Source of the DNA: Squalus acanthias
Taxonomy: Eukaryota
Length of the DNA: 64,000 nucleotides
Direction of reading: 5' to 3'
Assembly (NCBI GenBank): GCA_030390025.1
Contig: JASTWF010000335.1
Span: 310,001 to 374,000 of the forward strand
Part shown: in pieces, positions 13,892 to 24,833 of the stretch
Numbering within the stretch: position 1 is the stretch's first letter
Layout of the letters: each line of letters opens with the position of its first letter
Translations under genes and position numbers: made by a program
The notes under the pieces: model-generated
The model's input: only the letters and a program-made list of their open reading frames with translations
What the model was told of the DNA's origin: nothing
Database searches by the model: none

Positions 13892-14065
13892 GGTCTACCC
13901 AAGGTTCTATACAAGTTTAACATAACATCTCTGCTTTTCAATTCTGTCCCTCTAGAAATGAACCCCGTTGCTTTGTTGACATTTTTGGTGGCCTTGTTAA
14001 CCTATGTCGCTACATTTAGAGATATGTAAATCTGTACCCCCCCCCGATCTCTTCGCTCCTCTACC
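13892..14065 (-). mobile_element. CR1 LINE fragment (right flank of the satellite)
   Basis: Minus-strand KSRDVMLNLYRTLGRPHLE reads directly into the first satellite unit. Confidence 0.85.
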
Positions 14066-14236
14066 GCTAGTGACGTGTTCGTTTTTTTATTGTTGACGTT
14101 AATGAGCAAAACCGAATCCCAGAGTTTCGGGGCTGATGGCACACGGCAAGATCTTGTGTGGGGGAAATTCCGGCCCCTTTAGCCCGTTGATCCCACTATT
14201 CGACTGCCCCGGTCGCCTCACTGGTTGCATTCTTAC

Positions 14237-14362
14237 CGTAACGGAGTTGATGTCGCAGCAACGAAACAGATGCCTGCCAATTAGCATGGAGCAGGCGATG
14301 GCTATGACCAACTCCGCCACTGTGTACAACTGTAACAGGATCACCAAGGTGAACGGCGTCAA
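14237..14362 (-). CDS. MS4A: MS4A/CD20-family gene, coding exon 5 (TM4); may extend to a stop at 14099
   Basis: Acceptor ttaatccacag, 126 nt, LTPFTLVILLQLYTVAELVIAIACSMLIGRHLFRCCDINSVT, then GTAAGA donor. Matches the MS4A TM4 pattern (E..IA..S followed by CC). Family-level call only. Confidence 0.83.
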
Positions 14363-15030
14363 CTGTGGATTAAAGCACAACCACATTCACCTCACTTGCA
14401 CTTGTTGCGAACGACACTTAAGAGCACTTGTAGGACAGATGAAGATGAACATGTGCGAGCAGAAATTGGTACCATTTTCGGCCACGATCGCGCCTTCACC
14501 CTCCTCACTCCATTTCCTCTTTCACTATTTTATGGTCATTACTCCTCAGACGTTCTACTCTTGGTCTCCTGTTAATATCCCTTCGCACTCGGCAAGTCTC
14601 ACCCCATTATCTTCCCAGGGATCCCCATTGCGACACAACTTTGTAGTTTCCCCTCCTGCAAGCTTTCAAAACTGCATCTTGGTGTCCATCTAATCTGCTC
14701 CTTGATTACACCTTGCCTTCTCTGGTCTCTGATTGATTGACGGGGCACTATGAATAATACTGCAAGGCCATGGATCTCCCCCGACCCCCCCACTTATTAC
14801 AAACATATGAATAATGATGGACAGGTAATGATCCTCTGGTCCATTCAGCCTGTCCCACACAATTGCGATACCGTGTTTATCTCAAAATATACACTCCACC
14901 CCACCCAAAACCATGTGATCTCCCGGAAGAGGTGAAAAACCAGATTAAAAACCCAGGCCAATTTTGGGTGGGGGGGGGGCGGACCTGGAAAATTCCTCTC
15001 CGACCCATCTAGGTGATCAAAACTAGTCCA

Positions 15031-15359
15031 TGATGTTCCAACTGCCCTTTATCACAGCTCGGCAGAGAGATAATCACGGCAATCAAAGGTGTGGATGGTG
15101 TCCAAACAGGTCAGTCAGGAAAACATGACATCAAAGACAATGAGGTGGGGTCACAAGGGGTCAAATGTGGCAGATGCTGGGGTCTGGATGGAAAACAAAA
15201 AGCTGGAAAGATTAACTGTAATCACCTGGCAGTGTTCTCTGACTATATGCTGTGCCTATATGTATTTCTTCACTTCACCTGACGAAGGAGCAGCGCTCCG
15301 AAAGCTTGTGATTTCAAATAAAGCTGTTGGACTATAACCTGGTGTTGTGCGACTTCTCA
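15031..15359 (+). mobile_element. Short Penelope-like insertion ending in a hammerhead module, 13-bp TSD
   Basis: CAAAACTAGTCCA at 15018-15030 and 15360-15372. The 3-prime end is shared with the 16355 and 20450 insertions. Confidence 0.8.
15275..15311 (+). ncRNA. Minimal type I hammerhead ribozyme motif
   Basis: TCAC-CTGACGA-A-GGAGC-AGC-GCTCC-GAA-AGCT-T-GTGA: stem I TCAC/GTGA, core CUGANGA and GAAA, stem II GGAGC/GCTCC, palindromic AGCT in place of stem III. Confidence 0.8.
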
Positions 15360-16354
15360 CAAAACTAGTCCAGGCAATCAAAACTATTCCAGGAGATCTC
15401 TCTGGCCCTGAATTCCCCGCAGTACCTACCTTCTGTAAGAGGTGATGTCCGCCCCAGCCAGAAACAGGTCCCGCACTCGTTTGAAGGTAGTGAGTGAGTC
15501 GGTGTCCGCCGCATGAGATGGCAGCCTGTTTCAGGGGACCGCTATTCTCTGGGAAAACAACCGCCTCCTGACATCTAACCTCGATCTGTCCTTGTACAAC
15601 GTAAAATTTGAGACCCCTGATCCTCCCTAATCTGTTTCATTGCTAAGTGACGTCCGAGAGGTCGCTGTCCTCGCCATGTCATGCCGTTGTCGTTGTGGCG
15701 TGGCGTCGTACTGCTCATTATAGGCTAGCCTGAAGGCCAAGTAAACCCTGGATAACAGGGCCTCCAGCTTCTTCCAGACAAAACGAATGTAAGCTATTGA
15801 ACAGGGTGGGGGGGTGAAGCATGAGTCGGTGGAGAAGAGACGCAAAACAGGCGGAATCACAATTGCCGCCCATCATAGGACATGGCCTGATATTCAGTTC
15901 TACTGAAGTCAACGGAACTAAGTATCGGGCGGGGCGTATAACGGGCGATCGATGCGATACTGCTTGACGTAAGAAAACTACTAGGCACTTGGTCTAAGCG
16001 TTAAACAAAGCTTTAATCAACTGTTTTACAACATGGAGGTCTAGTTGTGTCCTTCACTAGTTCCTGTTAAAGAATGTCCTGCGCAAGCTGGGCCCGTGCC
16101 CGAGTATTTATACTCTCCCTGGACAGCGCCACCAGCAGGCCACTCAGTATTATTTCATAAGTCTTTCTTTCATGAATGACAGATTCATGTCACTGCCTGT
16201 TTAGCGTCCCCCTTGTGCAATTTCACCCCCCCCTCCAGTGTACTTAATAAAAGCCAGGATGAATGAAACGAGTCAGAAGGATGACAATGCTTCTACTGAT
16301 CTTTTCCCCTTTGATGTCCCCAATCTTCCAAGGACCACTGCTTTTCTTGATATA

Positions 16355-16556
16355 ATGTGGAGATGCCGGTGTTGGACTGGGGTGGACAAATGTGAGAAGT
16401 CGCACAACACCAGGTTATAGTCCAACAGCTTTATTTGAAATCACAGGCTTTCGGAGTGCTGCTCCTTCGTCACCTGACGAAGGAGCAGCGCTCCGAAAGC
16501 TTGTGATTTCAAATAAACCTGTTGGACTATAACCTGGTGTTGTGCGACTTCTCACA
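16355..16556. mobile_element. Fold-back hammerhead-bearing mini element with 12-bp TSD
   Basis: TSD TTTCTTGATATA at 16343-16354 and 16557-16568. Inverted arms of about 85 bp, 16388-16472 and 16475-16559. Confidence 0.85.
16470..16506 (+). ncRNA. Minimal type I hammerhead ribozyme motif
   Basis: TCAC-CTGACGA-A-GGAGCAGCGCTCC-GAAAGCTT-GTGA, same as 15275. Confidence 0.8.
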
Positions 16557-18089
16557 TTTCTTGATATATATTAATGACTTAGACTTGGGTGTACAGGGCA
16601 CTATTTCAAAATTTGCGGATGACACAAAACTTGGAAGTATAGTGACCAGTGAGGAGGAGAGCGATAGACTTCAAGAGGACATAGACAGGCTGGTGAAATG
16701 GGCGAACACGTGGCAGATGAAATTTAACACAGAAAAGTGCGGAGTGATACATTTTGGTTGGAAGAACGAGGAGACGCAATGTAAACTAAAGGGTACAATC
16801 CTAAAGGGGGTGCATGAACAGAGAGACCTGGGGGTATATGTGCACAAATCGTTGAAGGTGGCAGGGCAGGTTGAGAAAGCAGTTAAAAAAGCTTATGGGA
16901 TACTGGGCTTCATAAATAGAGGCATACAAAAGCAAGGAAGCTATGATGAACCTTTATAAAACACTGGTTCGGCCTCAACTGGAGTATTGTGTCCAATTCT
17001 GGGCACTGCACTTTAGGAAGGATGTGAAGGCCTTAGAGAGGGTGCAGAAAAGATTTACAAAAATGGTACCAGGGATGAGGGCCTTCAGTTACGTGGATAG
17101 ACTGGAGAAGCTGGAATTGTTCTCCTTGGAGCAGAGAAGGTTGAGAGGAGATTTGATAGAGGTGTTCAAAATCATGAGGGGTCTGGACAGAGTAGATAGA
17201 GAGAAACTGTCCCCATTGGCGGAAGTGTCGAGAACCAGATGACACAGATTTAAGGTGATTGGCAGAAGATCCAAAGGCGACATGAGGAAAAACTTTTTTA
17301 CGCAGCGAGTGGTTAGGATCTGGAATGTGCTGCCTGCGAGGGTGGTGGAGGCAGATTCAATCGTGGCTTTCAAAAGGGAATTGGATAAATACCTGAAGGA
17401 AAAAAATTTGCAGGGCGATGGAGTAAGGGCGGGGGATTGGGACTAGCTGAAGTGCTCTAGCAGAGAGCCGGCACGGGCTCGACGGGCCGAATGGCCTCCT
17501 TCTGTGCTGTAACCATTCTAGGATTCTATGAAGCCAAAGAAAGATGGAGGCCCAATCCTCCAGGATTCGCCTGGTTTTTTTTTTTAACTTTTTTTTTGTG
17601 AGCGTGATAATCGCCTGTTTCGAAGCGGGAGAATAGCCCCAGGTGAGGTCAGTTGCGCTGCTTCTCCAAGTAAGAAGTTGGAGGCTTCTGGCTTTCTACA
17701 ACACGAGTTTGCGGATCGGGTGTTTCTCAACTCATCCCAAGATTCCGGAGATCTTGTTTGCCTTATGCAGGCACGGCAGGAACGAGATTCCCTTTTGGAG
17801 CTTCTCAGTTGAAGATAAATTCACTGATCCACACTTCTAGGGGGCGGTGGGAGCCATGCTTGAAGGGAGCTCCTGTCTTTGACCAGCACTCCCTGTGAGC
17901 GCAGGTCCCCAGTGGGAGTGCGGAATCGGTCAATTGACTCTGATTCAAAGAAGCTTTAAACTGTGAAAGGGGAGATGGACTGAGGCACTGTCTATGGAAG
18001 CAAGGACGGGGTACTCCATTGTTTTTGTGGTGACCTAGAACTGCCTCTGACGAGATTTTACTCACAGTCTCGCTGGTTTTACTCAGTCA

Positions 18090-19105
18090 AGACTCCAGTG
18101 TTGCTCCTAGTGGGGTACCGCAGGGATCGGTCCTTGGACCCCAGCTATTCACAATATACATTAATGATCTAGATAAGGGAACTAAATGTAATATCTCCAA
18201 GTTTGCAGATGACACAAAGCTGGGTGGGAGTGTGTGCTGTGAGGAGGTTACCGAGAAACTCCAGGATGATTTGGACAGGTTGGGTGAGTGGGCAGAAGCG
18301 TGGCAGATGCAATATAACGTGGATAAATGCGAGGTTATCCACTTTGGTGTCAAAAACAGAAAGGCAGACTATTATCTGAATGGCAATAGATTGGGAGAAG
18401 GGGAAGTGCAACGAGACCTGGGTGTCCTTGTGCACCAGTCGTTGAAGGTAAGGCAAATGGTATGTTGGCCTTCATAGCGAAAGGGTTTGAGTACAGGAAC
18501 AGGGATGTCTTGCTGCAGTTGTACAGGGCCTTGGTGAGACCACACCTTGAGTATTGTGTGCAGTTTTGGTCGCCTTATCTGAGGAAGGATGTTCTTGCCA
18601 TGGAGGGAGTGCAGCGAAGATTCACAAGGCTGATACCTGGGATGGCAGGAATGACATATGAGGAGAGATTGGGTCGATTGGGCTTATACTCGCTGGAGTA
18701 TAGAAGAATGAGAGGGGATCTCATCGAAACATATAAAATTCTGACAGGTCTGGACAAACTAGATGCAGGAAAAATGTTCCCGATGGTCGGAGAGTCCAGA
18801 ACCAGGGGTCATAATCTAAGGATAAGGGGTAAGCCATTTCGGACAGAAATGAGGAAGAATTTCTTCACCCAGAGAGTGGTGAACCTGTGGAATTCTCTAC
18901 CACAGAAGGTAGTTGAGGCCAATTCATTAAATATATTCAAGAATGAGTCAGATATATTTCTTAAAGCTAAAGGGATCAAGGGATATGGGGAGAAGGCAGG
19001 GACAGGGTACTGAGTTTGGATGATCAGCCATGATCTCATTGAATGGCGGAGCAGGCTCGAGGGGCCAAATGGCCTACTCCTGCTCCTATCTTCTATGTTT
19101 CTATG
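18090..19105 (+). mobile_element. CR1 LINE 3-prime 1 kb (young subfamily)
   Basis: [32 protein letters not shown], tail TTCTATG. Confidence 0.93.
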
Positions 19106-19250
19106 GTGGCGCGCTGAAAATCGGGGGGATGCGCAAGAGGCCGAAATTGGAGGAGTGCAGTGATTTCGGGGAGTTAAAATGGAGGCCTAGCTCGGCATGG
19201 TCAGCCTTATCCCTAACCCACTCACCCGGTGGACCCTCTGGTTGGTGGGG

Positions 19251-19500
19251 ATCTTCTATACTCCAGCGAGTATAAGCCCAATCGACCCAATCTCTCCTCA
19301 TATGTCATTCCTGCCCTCCCAGGTATCAGCCTTGTGAATCTTCGCTGAACTCCCTCCATGGCAAGAACATCCTTCCTCAGATAAGGCGACCAAAACTGCA
19401 CACAGTGCTCAAGGTGTGGTCTCACCAAGGCCCTGTACAACTGCAGCAGGACATCCCTGTTCCTGTACTCAAACCCTTTCGCTATGAAGGCCAACATACC
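19251..19500 (-). mobile_element. CR1 fragment, inverted relative to 18460-18710
   Basis: ORF 19222-19497 is almost identical to the start of ORF 18462-19013. Confidence 0.9.
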
Positions 19501-19700
19501 ATTGGCGGCCGTGCCTTCAGCTGCGTAGGTCCTAACCTCTGGAATTCCCTCCCTAAAACTCTCCGTCTCTCTCTCTCTTTCCTCCTTTAAGGCGCTCCTT
19601 AAAACCTGCCTCTTTGTGTCCGAATGTGGCTTGGTGTCAGTTTTTGTCTGATAATCGCTCCTGTGAAGCGCCTTGGGACATTAAAGGCAAGTTGTTGTTG
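19501..19700 (+). mobile_element. L2-like LINE 3-prime end (other half inverted at 19103-19176)
   Basis: IGGRAFSCVGPNLWNSLPKTLRL followed by a TTG repeat tail. Same family as 55160-55550. Confidence 0.7.
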
Positions 19701-19908
19701 ATTTGGGACATTCCTGGCCTCCCCGGCGCATGTGATGGGAGCAATCCCAGGGGATGGACAGGCACAGTGCAACTTTGCAAGAGGGGGCGCAGGAAATTGG
19801 TCTGTTATCATCAAATCGAAAAGTCATAACATAAAGCGATTTTCTTTTAATATATAAATTCGAGACAGTATAATACTATTGCCAATTACATGGAACAGTG
19901 GCACTTAC

Positions 19909-20022
19909 CGGCCGCCACGCTGAATAATAGGCCAGTGGAAAATACAGGGACATGGAGTATGCAATGATCCCGAGTCCTGCCATGACAGCACTGATGATAT
20001 TCGTTATCAGGACAATCTTCAC
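19909..20022 (-). CDS. MS4A: MS4A/CD20-family gene, coding exon 4 (TM3)
   Basis: Acceptor tattgtttgcag, 114 nt, VKIVLITNIISAVMAGLGIIAYSMSLYFPLAYYSAWRP, donor GTAAGT. Contains the MS4A NI.SA..A..GI motif. Confidence 0.9.
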
Positions 20023-20111
20023 CTGCAAACAATACAAGGTGACGTTCAGGATGTCGACCGAAAAACTCACTGAGATAGCGTGAAAGTAAAGAAAGGACTC
20101 CCGTATCTACA

Positions 20112-20426
20112 GCCGTCGCAAAGCGCTTCACAGCCAATGAAGCACTTTTTGAAGTGTAGTCGCTGTTGGAATGTAGGAAACGCAGCAGCCAATTTGCGCA
20201 CAGCAAGCTCCCACAAACAGCAATGTGATAAATGACCAGATCATCTCTTTCAGTTCACTAAAAAAAAATCAGATGATCTGGTCATTAACTCACTGCTGTT
20301 TGTGGGTGCTTGCTGTGCGCAAATTGGCTGTCACCACACTTTCAAAAGCACTTCATTGGCTGTGAAGCGCTTTGGGACGTCCTGAGGTCGTGAAGCGCGC
20401 TGTGTAAATGCAAGTCTTTCTTTCTT
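20112..20426. mobile_element. Two SacSINE1/Deu-like SINE 3-prime fragments in opposite orientation
   Basis: AAAGCGCTTCACAGCCAATGAAG..CAGCAAGCTCCCACAAACAGC (20120-20250) and its reverse complement (20270-20420). Confidence 0.75.
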
Positions 20427-20449
20427 TCGGGCGCTCCACCCACATGATG

Positions 20450-20532
20450 ACCTGACGAGGGAGCAGCGCTCCGAAAGCTTGTGATTTCAAATAAAGCTCT
20501 TGGACTATAACCTGGTGTTGTGCGACTTCTCA
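20450..20532 (+). mobile_element. 83-bp insertion consisting of a hammerhead motif plus tail, probable 6-bp TSD
   Basis: AC-CTGACGA-G-GGAGCAGCGCTCC-GAAAGCTT-GTGA..GTGCGACTTCTCA, with ATGATG at 20444-20449 and 20533-20538. Confidence 0.72.
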
Positions 20533-20739
20533 ATGATGCTTTGTGCCCAAGCACGGAAGAGGAAAACCACACCCTCCCCCCCCCTACCTTGTGTCTACCT
20601 CGTCCAGCACTGTGAGATTGCAAGGCTGAAACTGTGCAGCACCAGCGCACGGAGGGCATACATCGGAGGTACCCCTCCCTCCCTCCATTTGATTTTACGT
20701 GATTGCCAAACCAGTAGCAGTACTGACGCAAATACTAAC

Positions 20740-20796
20740 CTTGAACGTGTTTGATACATCCTTCATTTCAGTTGCCAGTGCTCCAGAAATGATGTA
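20740..20796 (-). CDS. MS4A: MS4A/CD20-family gene, coding exon 3 (TM2)
   Basis: Acceptor ctctcttttgcag, 57 nt, YIISGALATEMKDVSNTFK, donor GTTAGT. The IISG motif in a short exon is typical of MS4A. Confidence 0.92.
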
Positions 20797-20959
20797 CTGC
20801 AAAAGAGAGCGCTGGAGAGGTTAGTATTTGTTCACACACACGCAAAGGTACCTCAGTGAGCTGCACTCTCGGTTATCCGCAAGAGTTGGGGCTTCATCTG
20901 GTTAACGACAACTCAAATATAATAGCGTTTTGAACTGATTTCTCATAGACGGTGCTGTA

Positions 20960-21530
20960 TATCCATCTGGAGTAACTGCGTTCAGTTCTGGGCATGCACC
21001 TCAGGAAGGATATAGTCACCTTGGAGGGGGTGCAGCGCAGATTCACCATAGAAAAGTACAGCACAGAAGGAGGCCATTCAGCCCATCGACTCTGCGCCGG
21101 CTCTTTCAAAGAAATCAGAATGATACCGGGGGGCTAAATGGGTTCAATTATGAGGACAGGTTGCATAGACTAGGCTTGTATTCCCCTGAGTATAGAAGAG
21201 TGATGGGTGGTCTAATTGAGGTGTTTAAAATGTTAAAGGGAATTGATAGCCTAGATAGAAAGAAACTATTTCATCTGCTGGGGGGAGTCCAGAACAAGGG
21301 GAAATAACCTTAAAATTAGAGCCAGGCCGTTCAAGGGGTGATGTCAGGAAGCACTTCTTCACACAAAGGGTAGTGGAAATCTGGAACTCTCTCCCCCAAA
21401 AAGCTGTGGGTCAATTGGAGCTTTCAAGACTGAGATGGATAGATTTTTGTTGGGTGAGAGTATTGAGGAATATGGAGCAAAGGCGGGTAAATGGAGTTGA
21501 AGTACAGATCAGCCATGATCTGATTGAATG
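20960..21530 (+). mobile_element. Degenerate CR1 3-prime fragment
   Basis: HLE..VQFW, RKHFFTQRVVEIWNSLPQK and the 3-prime UTR GATCAGCCATGAT. Confidence 0.85.
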
Positions 21531-23432
21531 GCCTCCTCCTGTTCCTATGGTAACAGGCTCGAGGGTCTGAATGGGCCTCCTCCTGTTCCTATGGTAACAG
21601 GCTCAAGGGGATGAATGGCCTCCTCCTGTTTCTATGGTAACAGGCTCAAGGGGGCTGAATGGCCTACTCCTGTTCCTGTGTAACAGGCTCGAGGGGCAGA
21701 ATGGCCTCCTCCTGTTCCTATGGTAACAGGCTCGAGGGGCAGAATGGCCTCCTCCTGTTCCTATGTAACAGGCTCGAGGGGCTCAATGGCCCCTCCTGTT
21801 CCTATGGTAACAGGCTCAAGGGGATGAATGGCCTCCTACTGTTTCTATGGTAACAGGTTCGAGGGGCTGAATGGCCTCCTCCTGTTCCTGTATAACAGGC
21901 TCGAGGGGCTGAACGGCCTCCTCCTATTCCTAATGTAACAGGCTCGAGGGGCTGAACGGCCTCCTCCTATTCCGAATGTAACGGGTTCGAGGGGCTTAAT
22001 GGGCCTCCTCCTGTTCCTGTGTAACAGGCTCGAGAGGCTGAACGGCCTCCTCCTGTTCCTATGTAACAGGCTCGAGGGGGCTGAATGGCCTCCTCCTGTT
22101 CCTGTGTAACAGGCTCGAGGGGCTGAATGGCCTCCTCCTGTTCCTGTATAACTGGCTCGAGGGGCTGAACTGCCTCCTCCTGCTCCTGTGTAACAGGCTC
22201 GAGGGGCTGAACGGCCTCCTCCTGTTCCTATGGAACAGGCTCGAGGGGCTGAATCACCTCCTCCTGTTCCTACTGTAACAGGCTCAAGGGGGCTGAATGG
22301 CCTCCTCCTGTTCCTGTGTAATAGGCTCGAGGGGGCTGAATGGCCTCCTCCTGTTCCTGTGTAACAGGCTCGAGGGGGCTGAATGGCCTCCTCCTGTTCC
22401 TGTGTAACAGGCTCGAGGGGGCTGAATGGGCTCCTCCTGTTCCTGTGTAACAGGCTCGAGAGGCTGAACGGCCTCCTCCTGTTCCTATGTAACAGGCTCG
22501 AGGGGGCTGAATGGCCTCCTCCTGTTCCTAATGTAACAGGCTCGAGGGGGCTGAATGGCCTCCTCCTGTTCCTGTATAACAGGCTCGAGGGGCTGAACTG
22601 CCTCCTCCTGCTCCTGTGTAACAGGCTCGAGGGGCTGAACGGCCTCCTCCTGTTCCTATGTAACAGGCTCGAGGGGGCTGAATCACCTCCTCCTGTTCCT
22701 ACTGTAACAGGCTCACGGGGGCTGAATGGCCTCCTCCTGTTCCTGTGTAATAGGCTCGAGGGGGCTGAATGGCCTCCTCCTGTTCCTGTGTAACAGGCTC
22801 GAGGGGGCTGAATGGCCTCCTCCTGTTCCTGTGTAACAGGCTCGAGGGGGCTGAATGGCCTCCTCCTGTTCCTGTATAATAGGCTCGAGGGGGCTGAATG
22901 GCCTCCTCCTGTTCCTGTGTAACAGGCTCGAGGGGGCTGAATGGCCTCCTCCTGTTCCTGTGTAATAGGCTCGAGGGGGCTGAACGGCCTCCTCCTGTTC
23001 CTGTGTAACAGGCTCGAGGGGGCTGAATGGCCTCCTCCTGTTCCTGTGTAATAGGCTCGAGGGGGCTGAACGGCCTCCTCCTGTTCCTGTGTAACAGGCT
23101 CGAGGGGGCTGAATGGCCTCCTCCTGTTCCTGTGTAACAGGCTCGAGGGGGCTGAATGGCCTCCTCCTGTTCCTGTGTAATAGGCTCGAGGGGGCTGAAT
23201 GACCTCCTCCTGTTCCTGTGTAACAGGCTCGAGGGGGCTGAATGGCCTCCTCCTGTTCCTGTGTAATAGGCTCGAGGGGGCTGAACGGCCTCCTCCTGTT
23301 CCTGTGTTACAGGCTCGAGGGGGCTGAACGGCCTCCTCCTGTTCCTATGTTACAGGCTCGAGGGGCTGAACGGCCTCCTCCTGTTCCTATGTTACAGGCT
23401 CGAGGGGCTGAACGGCCTCCTCCTCTTCCTAC
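21523..23432. repeat. 42-43-bp minisatellite (about 44 units) of the CR1 3-prime terminal stem-loop
   Basis: Unit GTAACAGGCTCGAGGGGGCTGAATGGCCTCCTCCTGTTCCTGT matches single-copy CR1 tails such as 25547-25587. Confidence 0.95.
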
Positions 23433-23794
23433 AATCAGCTGTTATCTGGATGTCTTTCATGGTGTATCAGACTGTCAGAAACCCTTGCTGTGCCAACTCT
23501 CCCCAAGACACCCCAGGGCTAATTTCTGAGCGCGCACACTGGTGGTGAGGAACCTCACCCACTGGCAACGCCCATTGGCAATGCGGGCACGCACTTGCCC
23601 ACGAATCTCTGATGTAATTATCTGAGGTAAAATGGCGGGCACCCGAATTTCCGATTTGCTCTGGTGACGTGCAAAGGTCCTTAAACGCCAACATGCACTT
23701 GAAAAGTGAGCCCCTCTGTGTTAGAACATAAGCTTAAAGGAAGAGTTCATTTACCCCAACAATCCATTATCCCTCACAGTTCATATGCAATTTT

Positions 23795-24530
23795 ACATAG
23801 AATATACAGCACAGAAACAGGCCATTCGGCCCAACCAGTCCATGCCAGCCTTTATGCTCCACTCGAGCCTCCTCCCGTCTTTCCTCATCTAACTCTATCA
23901 GCATCACCCTCTATTCCCTTCTCCCTCATGTGCTTATCTAGCCTCCCCTTAAATGCATCGATACTATTCGCCTCAACCAGTCCCTGTGGTAGCGAGTTCC
24001 ACATTCTCACCACTCTCTGGGTAAAGAAGTTTCTTCTGAATTCCCAATTTGATTTCTTGGTGACTATCTTCTATTGATGAGCCTCTAGTTTTGCTCTTCC
24101 CCACAAGTGGAAACACTCTCTCTGTAGCCACTCTATCAAAACCTTTCATCATTTTAAAGACCTCTATTAGGTCACCCCTCGGCCTTCTCTTTTCAAGAGA
24201 AAAGTGACCCAGCTTGTTCATCCTTTCCTGATAGCTATAACCTCGCAGTTCTGGTATCATCCTTGTAAATCTTTTTTGTACCCTCTCCAGTGCCTCTATA
24301 TCCCTTTTATAATATGGCAACCAGAATTGCACGCAGTACTCCAAGTGTGGTCTAACCAAGGTTCGATACACTATTTTTCAATTCTATCCCTCTAGAAATA
24401 AACCCTAGTGCTTGGTTTGCTTTTTTTATGGCCTTTTTGACCTGCGTCTTTACTTTTAGTGATTTGTGTATTTGTACTCCCAGATCCCTTTGCTCCTCTA
24501 CCCCATTTGGATTCTTATTTTCCAAGTAAA
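23795..24530 (-). mobile_element. CR1 LINE 3-prime fragment
   Basis: ORF 23973-24371 YRTLVRPHLEYCVQFW..GDLIEVFK. Confidence 0.9.
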
Positions 24531-24833
24531 AACGAATTTGCTTTTCACATTCACCTTGAAGGTTCTATCCTTGACCCTCTTCTCTTCCTCATCTACATGG
24601 TGCCCCTCGCCAAGATCCTCTGCAGGCATGGGGGGTCAGTCCTGGATGAGTTGCAATTTGGACCCCCGCCACAAACTCTGTACCCCTGTCATCAACTCCA
24701 TCCTCTTCCCTGCCCACTCTCTGAGGCCGAACCAGATGGCTTGCAACCTCGGCCTCCTTGTTTGTTAACACAAGGCAACAGTCAGTTCGACGGTAATGTT
24801 CGAAAAGGCAAATTCGGAGATGCCGCACTCTTA

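Larger units (their letters stand above)
14810..15630 (-). mobile_element. Old LINE (CR1-like) 3-prime remnant, interrupted at 15031-15359
   Basis: Degenerate LINE C-terminal/3-prime-like sequence on both sides of a TSD-flanked insertion. Confidence 0.45.
16331..17531 (+). mobile_element. CR1 LINE RT C-terminal half plus 3-prime tail
   Basis: GPLLFLIYINDLD, FADDTKL, RPQLEYCVQFW, tail ATTCTA repeats. Interrupted at 16355-16556. Confidence 0.93.

Noticed and set aside
8321..13941. Three giant overlapping ORFs (1851, 1834 and 1484 aa)
   Set aside because: The 39-bp unit has no stop triplet on the minus strand, so all three frames stay open. The peptides are pure repeat and swap frames at 38-bp units.
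15627..15860. 77-aa minus-strand ORF as an extra MS4A exon
   Set aside because: No family similarity and no phase-compatible splice pair identified.
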